Shown: piece by piece, positions 17,936 through 26,600 of the stretch
How positions within the stretch are numbered: the first letter of the stretch is position 1
Layout of the letters: every line of letters starts with the position of its first letter
Source: Sedimentisphaera cyanobacteriorum
GTDB lineage: Bacteria > Planctomycetota > Phycisphaerae > Sedimentisphaerales > Sedimentisphaeraceae
Assembly (NCBI RefSeq): GCF_001997385.1
Contig: NZ_CP019633.1
Location: 240,001-272,000, forward strand
Reading direction: 5' to 3'
Length of the DNA: 32,000 nucleotides
The notes under the pieces: generated by a model
The model's input: the letters and a program-made list of their open reading frames with translations, nothing else
Told to the model about the DNA's origin: nothing
The model's database searches: none
Program-made: the position numbers and the translations under genes

Positions 17936-18793
17936 ATGAAAAAGAAGGCTTTTACACTGATCGAATTACTTGTAGTAATTTCAATTATCGCGCTTCTGAT
18001 GGCGGTTCTTATGCCGGCTCTTGGAAGAGCGAGAGAACAGGCCAAATCCACGGTCTGCCAGACACGCCTGAAGCAGTGGGGCGTTATCTGGAATATCTAT
18101 ACGGGCAAATACGGAGGCAGTTTCCCCAGTGCTAATGATATGGACAAAAGATACGGGATAAACTGGCCGCGTGGCGCATGGATTATTCCTCTTCGCCACG
18201 AATGGGAAACGAATAATGACATTTTAAGATGTCCTGAAGCGGAAACACCCAATGAAGACGGCGATTATGGAGATTTAGACGAGGCCTACTGGATGGGCAA
18301 CACTAATGTCGATGAGGAAGAGGATCTCGAAGTACAGGAATATGCCAGCTACGGGATGAACTGCTGGGCATTTGACGAACCGCCCGGAGCTCCTGATAAT
18401 ATTTATCAGGGAAGAGAGCAAAAGTATTACTGGCGTAATATAACGAGAGTTTCACGTGCAAATACGGTTCCGCTTTTTGCAGATGCTGTATGGCGAGGCG
18501 GCGGGCCTCACTATGAACGAGGCGAAACTGCAATCCAGCCATCCCAATACAATGGCAGCCAGGCTCCGCAAGAAGTGTATAATTTTAATGTTAGCTATGA
18601 AATGGCACACTTTACAGTGAGAAGGCACCCGAAGGGAACAAACCTCTTGTTTATGGACGGCTCGGTTAATAAGCTCAGTATCAAAGATCTCTACCACCAA
18701 AAATGGCACAGGAGATTCGATCTGCACGGCCGCTACTCAGAAGAAGATACCGAAGTTGACTGGCCTGAATGGATTGAAGACACTACAGACTAA
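17936..18793 (+). CDS. Prepilin-type N-terminal cleavage/methylation domain protein of the H-X9-DG class (paralog)
   Basis: The first 53 aa are identical to the upstream paralog. The HPKGTNLLFMDG motif and the C-terminal tail RYSEEDTEVDWPEWIEDTTD are also shared, while the middle diverges. Confidence 0.85.
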   Translation: MKKKAFTLIELLVVISIIALLMAVLMPALGRAREQAKSTVCQTRLKQWGVIWNIYTGKYGGSFPSANDMDKRYGINWPRGAWIIPLRHEWETNNDILRCPEAETPNEDGDYGDLDEAYWMGNTNVDEEEDLEVQEYASYGMNCWAFDEPPGAPDNIYQGREQKYYWRNITRVSRANTVPLFADAVWRGGGPHYERGETAIQPSQYNGSQAPQEVYNFNVSYEMAHFTVRRHPKGTNLLFMDGSVNKLSIKDLYHQKWHRRFDLHGRYSEEDTEVDWPEWIEDTTD

Positions 18794-18822
18794 CGTCTGA
18801 GATATTCTTTAGTGAATCATAA

Positions 18823-18856
18823 GCCGTCTGAGTTAAACAGCTCAGGCGGCTTTTTT
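18823..18856 (+). terminator. Rho-independent terminator
   Basis: GCCGTCTGAG-TTAAACAG-CTCAGGCGGC stem-loop followed by TTTTTT. Confidence 0.75.
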
Positions 18857-18978
18857 ACTGCTCTAAATTTTGTTTATGATTTCGCTGAGTTCTAATCAAT
18901 ACTGTTTAATCCGGGCAGGAAGCTGTCTGATTTGCGCGAATTAGTAAAACTCAGTGTCAGGAGATTGTTTTGTCTTCT

Positions 18979-19692
18979 CTAAGCTGAGCTGCGGTTTTCT
19001 TCTGCGTCAGATAGACGCATATATTTTGGGGCAAAGCTGGATGGTTCCTGAAAGTTTTGCTTTTCAATTTCTAACACCGCAAGCCTGCACAGCGAGCTTG
19101 CCTTTACATCCCAAAAATCTTCCGGAAGAATAATATTCCCCTCAGCTTCAAACTTTTTTGAATAATATTTCAGGCCTTCTCCTAAAAGGGCGGTTCTGGT
19201 ATTTTTCCCGCCTGCCATTTCGATTATCTGTTCTGGCTTGAGAAGGGAATCTTCAATTTTCTTTTCCCAGCCCTCGCCATTAAATTCATACATTGATGAG
19301 AAAAACTGCCCCCTCTTTGCATCAAGCACAGGAATTATCCGGTCGAACTTTTCGCCGCTTTGATCGATGTATGCTTGGCAGTTTTCTCTGCACGCGTCCA
19401 GACTGCTTATTCCTAAAAGTTTAGCCCTGCCTGCCAAAACCATCATTTTTGCAGCGGTGATCCCGATTCGAAGGCCTGTATAGCTCCCTGGACCTTGTGT
19501 AACGGCCAGATAGGCAATTTCATTTACTCCTATATTCTCTTTTTGGAGAATATCTTTTGTTGAGGGTATAAGCTCAGCGGCGTGTCTGATCTGTCCGGAA
19601 AATTTTTTTTCGCATAAAATATTATTATCATTGCAAATCGCCGCTGAACCGGCTCTTCCTGACGTGTCTATACAGAGAATTATTTCAGCCAT
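18979..19692 (-). CDS. tsaB: tRNA threonylcarbamoyladenosine (t6A) biosynthesis protein TsaB
   Basis: 237 aa. The motifs ILCIDTSGRAGSAAI, HAAELIP and AVTQGPGSYTGLRIGITAAKMM match the YeaZ/TsaB pattern. Confidence 0.85.
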   Translation of the reverse strand: MAEIILCIDTSGRAGSAAICNDNNILCEKKFSGQIRHAAELIPSTKDILQKENIGVNEIAYLAVTQGPGSYTGLRIGITAAKMMVLAGRAKLLGISSLDACRENCQAYIDQSGEKFDRIIPVLDAKRGQFFSSMYEFNGEGWEKKIEDSLLKPEQIIEMAGGKNTRTALLGEGLKYYSKKFEAEGNIILPEDFWDVKASSLCRLAVLEIEKQNFQEPSSFAPKYMRLSDAEENRSSA

Positions 19693-19958
19693 TTTTCAAT
19701 ATTTCAAAAGAGTTTACAGATTATTTCTTGAAAGTTGCGAGATAATGTGGAATATATTCATCTTTCAGGGCGTGATGTCAAATTAAATTGGGTGAAAAAT
19801 CCAAATGACAATAAATTATTGACAGCGAAAGGTATTTTTGGCTTGCAAAGCTGAAGGCCTAACTATAAACTTAGCAGACTATTTCCGGAAATTTGTTTCC
19901 GGATCGGATAGCATATAAAATTGACACTTAATATACTTATACATTGCCGGAGGTAATA

Positions 19959-22900
19959 GTGGCTAATTTAGCGACACTTGTTGCACGTAAAGGAATGGTG
20001 TTACTAAGAACCGTTTTGGCCGTTGGGCTTATTGCTTTAGCTTCTACGGTTGTCGTTGGCTTTGCAGCTCAGGATGATGCTGCATTGACAAAGGCAGTTG
20101 ACGAGTACATCGAAGTTTGTCAGTCTCAGTACGACAAAGGCCTGTATTCTACAGCTAAAGACGGGCTTCTTGAAGCCAAGTCTGAATATTCTTCAGATAT
20201 GACCGAAGCTCAAAAGAGCCGGATTAATTCGATGCTTGAAAGGGTAAATCAGGCTATCGAGGCTCGAACCCGTGTTTCAGAGATGCTGGAAAACGGCAAG
20301 AAAGCTGTAAACAGCAAAGACTACAGCCAGGGGCTTGAGATGCTTAATCAGGTTGTCTCTGATAAGTATGCCAGCAAGGCTCAGGTTGAAGAGGCTAAGT
20401 CGGTCCTTGAATCTGCTGAAGAGTCTATGCAGAAGGTTGAAGAGCAGATGGAATCTCTGTTCGACGAAAGCGTATCGCTCTACAAAGACGGACTGCTGAG
20501 AGAAGCTATGCAGGGCTTCCAGAAGGTAAGCCGGAGCGGAGTTGATGTTTCCAACTGGTTCGGCAGAGACAGCGAATATTATATCGCCAAAATCAAAGAG
20601 GCGATGGATGCCGGCAGCAATGCAGAGCAAACGGCAGCTTCTAAGCAAACCGAACAGGCCTCCGCTGAGCAGAAAAAGCAGGAAAATGCCTCTGAGGGCA
20701 CCGCAAAGCAGGAAGCGATGGAGCTTTTCAAGCAGAGCGTTGAAGAGTATAAGGCCGGGAATTACGAAGCCGCAAAAGACGGATTCGAGGCAGTTGCAGA
20801 CAGCGGCTATGATATAAAGAATTTCTGGGGCAGAGACAGCGAATACTTCCTTCAGAAGATCAGTGATAAGAGCAAAGAGCTGGCTGAAGAGGCCGAAAAG
20901 GCAGAAGAAGAAGCCAGAATGGCCGAAGAGAAAAAGGCCAGAGAGAAGGAAGAAGCCGAGCAGAAAGCTCGTGAAGAGGCTATGGATAAGCTCTTCCGTG
21001 AGAGCGTGGAGCAGTATCGCGGGGGCAATTTTGATGCCGCTGAAGAGGGATTCCAGCTCGTTGAGAAAAGCGAATTCAATCCGAAATACTGGGGTAAAGA
21101 CAGCAGTGATTTCCTTGCTCGAATAGAAAAGGCTAGAAAGGCCAAGGCCGATAAGGCCGCAGAGGCTGCAGCTGAAAAGCAGACTGCTGAAAAGCAGACT
21201 GCTGAAAAGAAAGCAGAAAAAGCTCAGCAGGCTAAGCAGGAAAAGCCGGATATCAGCGCAGAGGCCAAAGCTTCCGAGCAGAAAAAATCCCCTGAGGCAA
21301 AAGAAGACAGCTATCTGAGGGTCCTCAGCGAAAAGAGGAACCGTCAGAGAGATTACACACGTGCGATAGTGAACGATGCAGTTACAAAGGCAAACCAGTA
21401 TCTCGGCGATGAGCAATTTGCCAAGGCAAGAGAGGCGCTCTCGGTGGCCTATGCAAACATCGAGAAAACCAAGATGCTCCTCGGCGATGAGCTATACAGC
21501 GAATATAAAACACGCCTGGATTCTCTCAGCACAAAGATAGACAACCTCCAGCAGGAGGCGAGGATCGAATCTGCCAAGATTGAACGTGAGCAGACTGAAG
21601 AGCTCGAGAAGGAGATACGCAGGGATATGGAACGTCAGCGCCAGCAGGCGGTGAAAGACTACATGGAAAACGCTATGGCCTTCCAGAGAGAGCAGCGTTA
21701 TGAAGAAGCCCTCGCTCAGCTCGAGGCCCTTCTCGCTATAGACCCGCTCAACAGTATGGCACTGCTCCAGAAGCAGACATTAGAGCAGACAATATCATGG
21801 CGCAAGCAGATTGAGGTTCAGAATAAGATGCACAGGGAAGAGATCGAAACCCTCATCAAAGCCGATGAGGCATCAATCCCTTATGCAGACGATATGACAT
21901 TCCCCTCCAACTGGAAGGAAATCGTTAAAAAGCGTGAACAGCGCGAGAGCGACGGAATGAGCAAGGAAAACCTTGATGTTTACCGTCTGCTTGATCAGAA
22001 GGTTGACCTCTCGGCATTATATGAAGATATGCCGTTCGGCGAGGCGCTTGAAGTGCTCAGGAATTCCACAAATCCTCCGCTGACGATTATCGTTCTCTGG
22101 AGAGATCTGGATGAAAATGCGTTTATCGACCAGACCACGCCAATAAACCTCACAATACCGGCTCCTGTGAAGGTTAAAACAGCCTTAGAGCTTCTGCTTG
22201 ATTCAGTTGCAGGCGGGCTTGCAGAGCTGAGCTATGTAGTTAAGGACGGGATCATACAGATTGCCACTATGGGCTCACTGCCCGATAAGATGGTTACAAA
22301 ACGCTACGATGTTCGTGAGCTCTTGGGCGAAACAGCGAACTTCAGCTTTGAGATGGACGTTTCAAACTACGGACAGAGCGAAGGAAGAACTGCCGGCGGT
22401 GGCGGCGGCGGCGGTGATGACTATGAATCCGACGATGATGACCAGCAGGAAGATACCCGCGACTCTCTAACCCAGAGAGCTTCCACACGTGCTCAGTCTA
22501 TTGTTAATCTGATTCAGGAAACTGTTGCACCGGAAACCTGGTACGATGCCGGCGGCGATGGTTCTATTACCACTTTCCAGAATAATGTGCTGGTAATCCG
22601 CCAAACCCTCGAACAACACGAGAAAATCAAAGAGCTTATAGACGAGCTCCGCCTTACTCTCGGCGAGCAGGTTGCAATTGAGGCAAGATTCCTCACGGTA
22701 ACTGAGAACTTCCTTGAGCAGATCGGAATTGATCTGGATATGGTAATCAATCCGGACGATTCCAACTGGAATGAGATCGCATTTACCCAATCTCACAAAT
22801 CAGGCGGCGCACCTTCAGATTCAGGCTTGCCGGGTTCTCTGGCAGGTGCAATTGCATCTTCAATGAACGGAAGCTATGTTATGGACGATCTTCAGGTGAG

Positions 22901-23525
22901 CTTCCTGATAGAGGCCACTCAGGCTCATAAAGACGCAAAGAGCCTGAATGCCCCGAGGGTAGCAGTGCTCAATGGTGAACGTGCGAGTATCAGAGTGGGC
23001 AAGGAAACAAGCTTCGTGAGCGATTACGAATTTGAAGACCTCTCAACTACAGGCGATAACCCGCTTGTAAGAACGATTGCAGACCCTGAGATCGACAGGA
23101 TACGTGATGGTGTTAATCTTACTGTTACTCCAACCATTACAGCGGACAAGAAATATGTGATTCTCGGGATACAGACTCAGTATCTCAAGACCAACTTCGA
23201 TACATATACAGTTCCTTCGGATACTGGAACTGGAACGCAAGAGTATCCTATCCAGCTCCCTGTGAGGGAAGAGGCGAGAATCGGTACGAGGGTAACTGTC
23301 CCTGACGGCGGAACCCTGCTAATTGGCGGGCAGAAGCTTACAGGCCAGAAAACCGCCGAGAGCGGAGTGCCGGTTTTGAGCAAAATGCCTTTCGTAGGCC
23401 CGCTGTTTGAAAACAGAGGCACGCTTAAAGACCAGAGCATCTTGCTCATACTCGTTAAGCCTTCCATTATCCTCAGGGACGAACAGGAAAAAGAAGCCGT
23501 GGATGCGATGGAAAGCAATTTCTAA
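19959..23525 (+). CDS. Secretin (type II/III secretion / type IV pilus secretin family) with an extended repeat-rich N-terminal region of about 700 aa
   Basis: The secretin C-domain reads LNAPRVAVLNGERASIRVG...DGVNLTVTPTITADKKYV...TVPDGGTLLIGG...SGVPVLSKMPFVGPLFENRG...ILLILVKPSII. Planctomycete-type motifs are present: TKRYDVRELL and IQETVAPETWYDAGGDGSI...VLVIRQT...HEKIKELIDELR. GTG 19959 has GGAGG 6 nt upstream and yields a signal-like N-terminus (ARKGMVLLRTVLAVGLIALAS). Alternative starts are TTG 19944 and ATG 19995. Confidence 0.9.
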   Translation: MANLATLVARKGMVLLRTVLAVGLIALASTVVVGFAAQDDAALTKAVDEYIEVCQSQYDKGLYSTAKDGLLEAKSEYSSDMTEAQKSRINSMLERVNQAIEARTRVSEMLENGKKAVNSKDYSQGLEMLNQVVSDKYASKAQVEEAKSVLESAEESMQKVEEQMESLFDESVSLYKDGLLREAMQGFQKVSRSGVDVSNWFGRDSEYYIAKIKEAMDAGSNAEQTAASKQTEQASAEQKKQENASEGTAKQEAMELFKQSVEEYKAGNYEAAKDGFEAVADSGYDIKNFWGRDSEYFLQKISDKSKELAEEAEKAEEEARMAEEKKAREKEEAEQKAREEAMDKLFRESVEQYRGGNFDAAEEGFQLVEKSEFNPKYWGKDSSDFLARIEKARKAKADKAAEAAAEKQTAEKQTAEKKAEKAQQAKQEKPDISAEAKASEQKKSPEAKEDSYLRVLSEKRNRQRDYTRAIVNDAVTKANQYLGDEQFAKAREALSVAYANIEKTKMLLGDELYSEYKTRLDSLSTKIDNLQQEARIESAKIEREQTEELEKEIRRDMERQRQQAVKDYMENAMAFQREQRYEEALAQLEALLAIDPLNSMALLQKQTLEQTISWRKQIEVQNKMHREEIETLIKADEASIPYADDMTFPSNWKEIVKKREQRESDGMSKENLDVYRLLDQKVDLSALYEDMPFGEALEVLRNSTNPPLTIIVLWRDLDENAFIDQTTPINLTIPAPVKVKTALELLLDSVAGGLAELSYVVKDGIIQIATMGSLPDKMVTKRYDVRELLGETANFSFEMDVSNYGQSEGRTAGGGGGGGDDYESDDDDQQEDTRDSLTQRASTRAQSIVNLIQETVAPETWYDAGGDGSITTFQNNVLVIRQTLEQHEKIKELIDELRLTLGEQVAIEARFLTVTENFLEQIGIDLDMVINPDDSNWNEIAFTQSHKSGGAPSDSGLPGSLAGAIASSMNGSYVMDDLQVSFLIEATQAHKDAKSLNAPRVAVLNGERASIRVGKETSFVSDYEFEDLSTTGDNPLVRTIADPEIDRIRDGVNLTVTPTITADKKYVILGIQTQYLKTNFDTYTVPSDTGTGTQEYPIQLPVREEARIGTRVTVPDGGTLLIGGQKLTGQKTAESGVPVLSKMPFVGPLFENRGTLKDQSILLILVKPSIILRDEQEKEAVDAMESNF
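20457..21134 (+). repeat. Three tandem 89-codon (267-nt) units inside the secretin gene
   Basis: The Leu-Phe anchor codons at 20457, 20724 and 20991 are exactly 267 nt apart. Each unit has a conserved core of about 49 aa, LF.(E/Q)SV..Y..G....A..GF..V..S......(W/F)(F/W)G(R/K)DS..(Y/F)...I, followed by a charged K/E/A/Q linker of about 40 aa. Confidence 0.85.
21171..21209 (+). repeat. 15-bp tandem nucleotide repeat (2.6 copies)
   Basis: GCTGAAAAGCAGACT occurs twice, followed by GCTGAAAAG. It encodes AEKQT-AEKQT-AEK. Confidence 0.8.
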
Positions 23526-23553
23526 AGCAAAGACGGATTTTAGTAATGCCTTG

Positions 23554-23581
23554 GCGCTCGGACGGTTATGCGCCGAGGCGC
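23554..23581 (+). other. GC-rich bulged hairpin in the secretin / giant-ORF spacer
   Basis: GCGCTCGG (23554-23561) pairs with CCGAGGCGC (23573-23581) with one bulged G. No U-tract follows, so this is not a canonical terminator. The loop contains an alternative in-frame ATG at 23568. Confidence 0.3.
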
Positions 23582-23624
23582 ATATTGCGAAATTATAACG
23601 ATAAGATATCAGCAGGATATATAT

Positions 23625-26600
23625 ATGGTTAAGCGAATATTTTCGTTACTGGTTGTAATGTTTGTCTCAGCGGCTGTTTTTGCAGCTCCGTATAACGGAG
23701 GGGTTTTCAAGGTACGCCAGCCTGACGGCAGCGTAGTTAAGGTTAGGGGATACGGCGACGAATTCTACGGCCGATTTGAAAGCCTTGACGGCTACACCCT
23801 GACTAATGACGAAGACGGTATGCTGGTTTATGCAGATATCAGCCAGGATGGTACTCAGTTCAAACCGCTTGATATCAGATACAACCCCACCGAACCTACA
23901 GACACTTCACTTCCGGAATTCCGGAACAGTACGGCTGCTGAGAATAACCGCGGGGTTTTTCCTGAAAGTCTTGATATAAAATCAGAGGTTATCAGGGAAA
24001 TTCGCCTGAACAAGATTGAAGAATATGAGGCTGATCAATATATGATTCCGGCTGAGCAGGGTCCTCAGAAACAGTCACTGCAGCAGCTTCCTTACGACCC
24101 GGAAACCTTTGAGCCTAAATACTACAGGCCTGTAACCGGTGAGATAGAAGGCCTTACAATTGTTATAGAATTTTCAGACATATCCGGAGACATACCAGTA
24201 TCAGCGGAGGAACTTGGCGATAACGAACAGAGATGCGTTGAGAATTTCTGCAACTTGGTCGGATACGACGCTGACGGTAACAACGGATCTATCAGAGATT
24301 ACTATTACGGAGTTTCCAACGGAAAGCTTACATATACAAATCAGGTGGCAGGATATTATACTGCTGAAAATGATTTTACTTACTATAATGACGGCCCGGG
24401 GACTGCCAGAGGGCTCATTAGAGAGGCTCTAAACGGCCTTGCAGACCAAATTGATGTTTCCACACTTACAATAGACCCTGCTACAGAAGAGGTTCAGGCA
24501 TTGAACGTGTTGTATGCAGGACAAAGGCCTAACGAATGGGGAGCAGGACTTTGGCCGCACAAGTATAATTTGAGTGCAGGCGGCGGTGCTACCGTAACCA
24601 TAGACGGAGCTACGTTCGATGTATATCAGATTACAGATATGGGTACTTCAGAAAATCCTGCGATGGAAATTGGTACATTCGCCCATGAAAACGGACATAT
24701 GCTTTGCGGTTATCCTGACCTGTACGATTATGGTTATGAATCCAGCGGAATCGGTTCTTACGGGCTGATGGCCGGCGGTTCATACGGCGGAAACGGAACA
24801 AATCCGATGGCTATAAACGGCTATTTCCGCTGGCTCAGCGGCTGGGAAATCCCTCAGTATCTTACCAGTGAAAGTGAAGGCAATCTGCACACCGCTTTAG
24901 GCAGCGAGATGCAGGCTACAGAAGCCCCTGAAGAAGACTGGGAAACCTTTGACGAATATCAGGGAAATATATTTGTATTTATGAACGAGGAAAATCTTGA
25001 AGAATTCTTCGTAATAGAAAATATAATCAATTCTGGCAGGAAAGGCTCTGCGGCAGATAACGGCCTTGCAGTATGGCATGTCGATGAAGGCAAGGGCGGA
25101 TACGGTGCTAACGACCAGGAGCATATGACTCCTGATAGGCATTATCATGTTTCGCTTGAACAGGCTGACGGAAATTTTGATCTCGAAAACGGGAATGGTC
25201 AGGGTGATGGAACTGATTTATTCGGCGCTCCCAGATTTCCGGAGTTTTACGCAGATCAGAATATTCAGCCAAATTCAGTTTGGTGGAACGGCGAACCTTC
25301 AGGTTTGAGACTTTATGAGATATCAGAGCCGGGCGGTGAGGTAACTTTCTATGCTGAAATATCTCCAAAATATGCAAGAATAGTTCGTCCAAGCGGTGCA
25401 GACCCCACTGATATGGCCAATGAAGTTGAGAGATTTAAGACTATTCAAGAAGCCTTTGATGCCGCTCAAGACGGAGATGATATCTACGTTGCAGACGGCT
25501 TCGAATACCACGAATTCCTCGATACGGTAGGCAAGAGCCTCGCTGTATATGCAGAGGCCGCAGACCCGAACGATCCTAACGATGACAACTGGCAGGACTA
25601 TATGGATGATTACAAATCCGTTCCTGTTGAGCCTACGAATATCGCATTTAATATCGATTATATGGATTACGATCCTGATATGGCCGGAGACCCGAACGAA
25701 ATTCCTTCTCTCACTGTTTCGCAGGGCGAGCAGGTGAGCTTTGAAGATTTTGCATTTACAGGGCATCCGTACTCAGCCATTAATGTTTCTAACAATTCTC
25801 TGGCAGTATTTGAAAGCTGCTCGTTCACTAAACACGGAACTGGAGCACCTAAAGAAGTAATAGATGATACCGGCCAGTTTGTTACAGATCCGGAAACAGG
25901 CGAGAATCTTGTAGCGCCTTCAATTGAATACAATGATTTCTCTGATAATACAAATGCCTTTGTCCTGGAAAATGGCAGCATAGAGCTCACAAACTGCGAA
26001 TTCTCGGGCAACATAGGCAGAGGAGACGGAGGTTCGTGTATTTACGGCGAGGGGCAGTCTTCTGTGATGGCCTCTGGTACCGAATTTGAAGGGAACTCCT
26101 CCAAATCCGACGGCGGTGCTGTTTTCTTCAAAGACGGATACGTAGAATTTTCTCGGTGCAGGTTTGAAGACAACGAAGCCAGATTCAACGGCGGCAGCAT
26201 CAGCCTTGAGTCTGTAGATGATAACAGCGTTATTAGAGATTCCCGTTTTGTATCAAACAGCGTAAATATTTACGGCGGTGCACTTTACAGCTCCGACTGT
26301 GCTGTAGAATTTGTGAATAATCTCCTTTATGAATGCACCTCCAGCTGGTATGGCGGGGCGTTGTATTTTGATTCTCCACATAATCAGAACAAAGTTTACA
26401 ACTGTACTTTTGATAATAACGACGGCCTCGTTGCAGGCGGAGCGATATACCTTACAGGTGCAGCAGGCCAGAGCCAGTTCTACAACAACATCTTCTCAAA
26501 TACCCCGGGTTACGCAGTTTACGAGGCGGCTGCCGGGATTGATGTGGAGCTTAAGAACAACCTATTCTTCAACAACGGAGCTGATTACTGGGATGAGAAT

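Larger units (their letters stand above)
17907..18856 (+). repeat. Tandem duplication unit 2
   Basis: See 16758-17660. Confidence 0.85.

Noticed and set aside
19921-19949. Perfect TTGACA hexamer just upstream of the secretin start
   Set aside because: No acceptable -10 element lies at 16-18 nt spacing (TTGCCG at 17 nt; TATACA at only 11 nt). A transcript from here would also lack room for the GGAGG RBS.
20277-21416. 379-aa minus-strand ORF, the longest unexplained ORF in the track
   Set aside because: It lies entirely antisense to the K/E/A/Q-rich repeat region of the secretin. Its L/F/S-rich low-complexity sequence (LLFSSLLFSS...) is the mirror image of GAA/AAG/GCN-rich codons. It has no start context and no recognisable domain.
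23523-23627. The secretin and the giant ORF are in the same reading frame, which raises the possibility of a read-through fusion
   Set aside because: Three in-frame stops (TAA 23523, TAG 23541, TAA 23544) separate them. The giant ORF also has its own signal peptide at ATG 23625.
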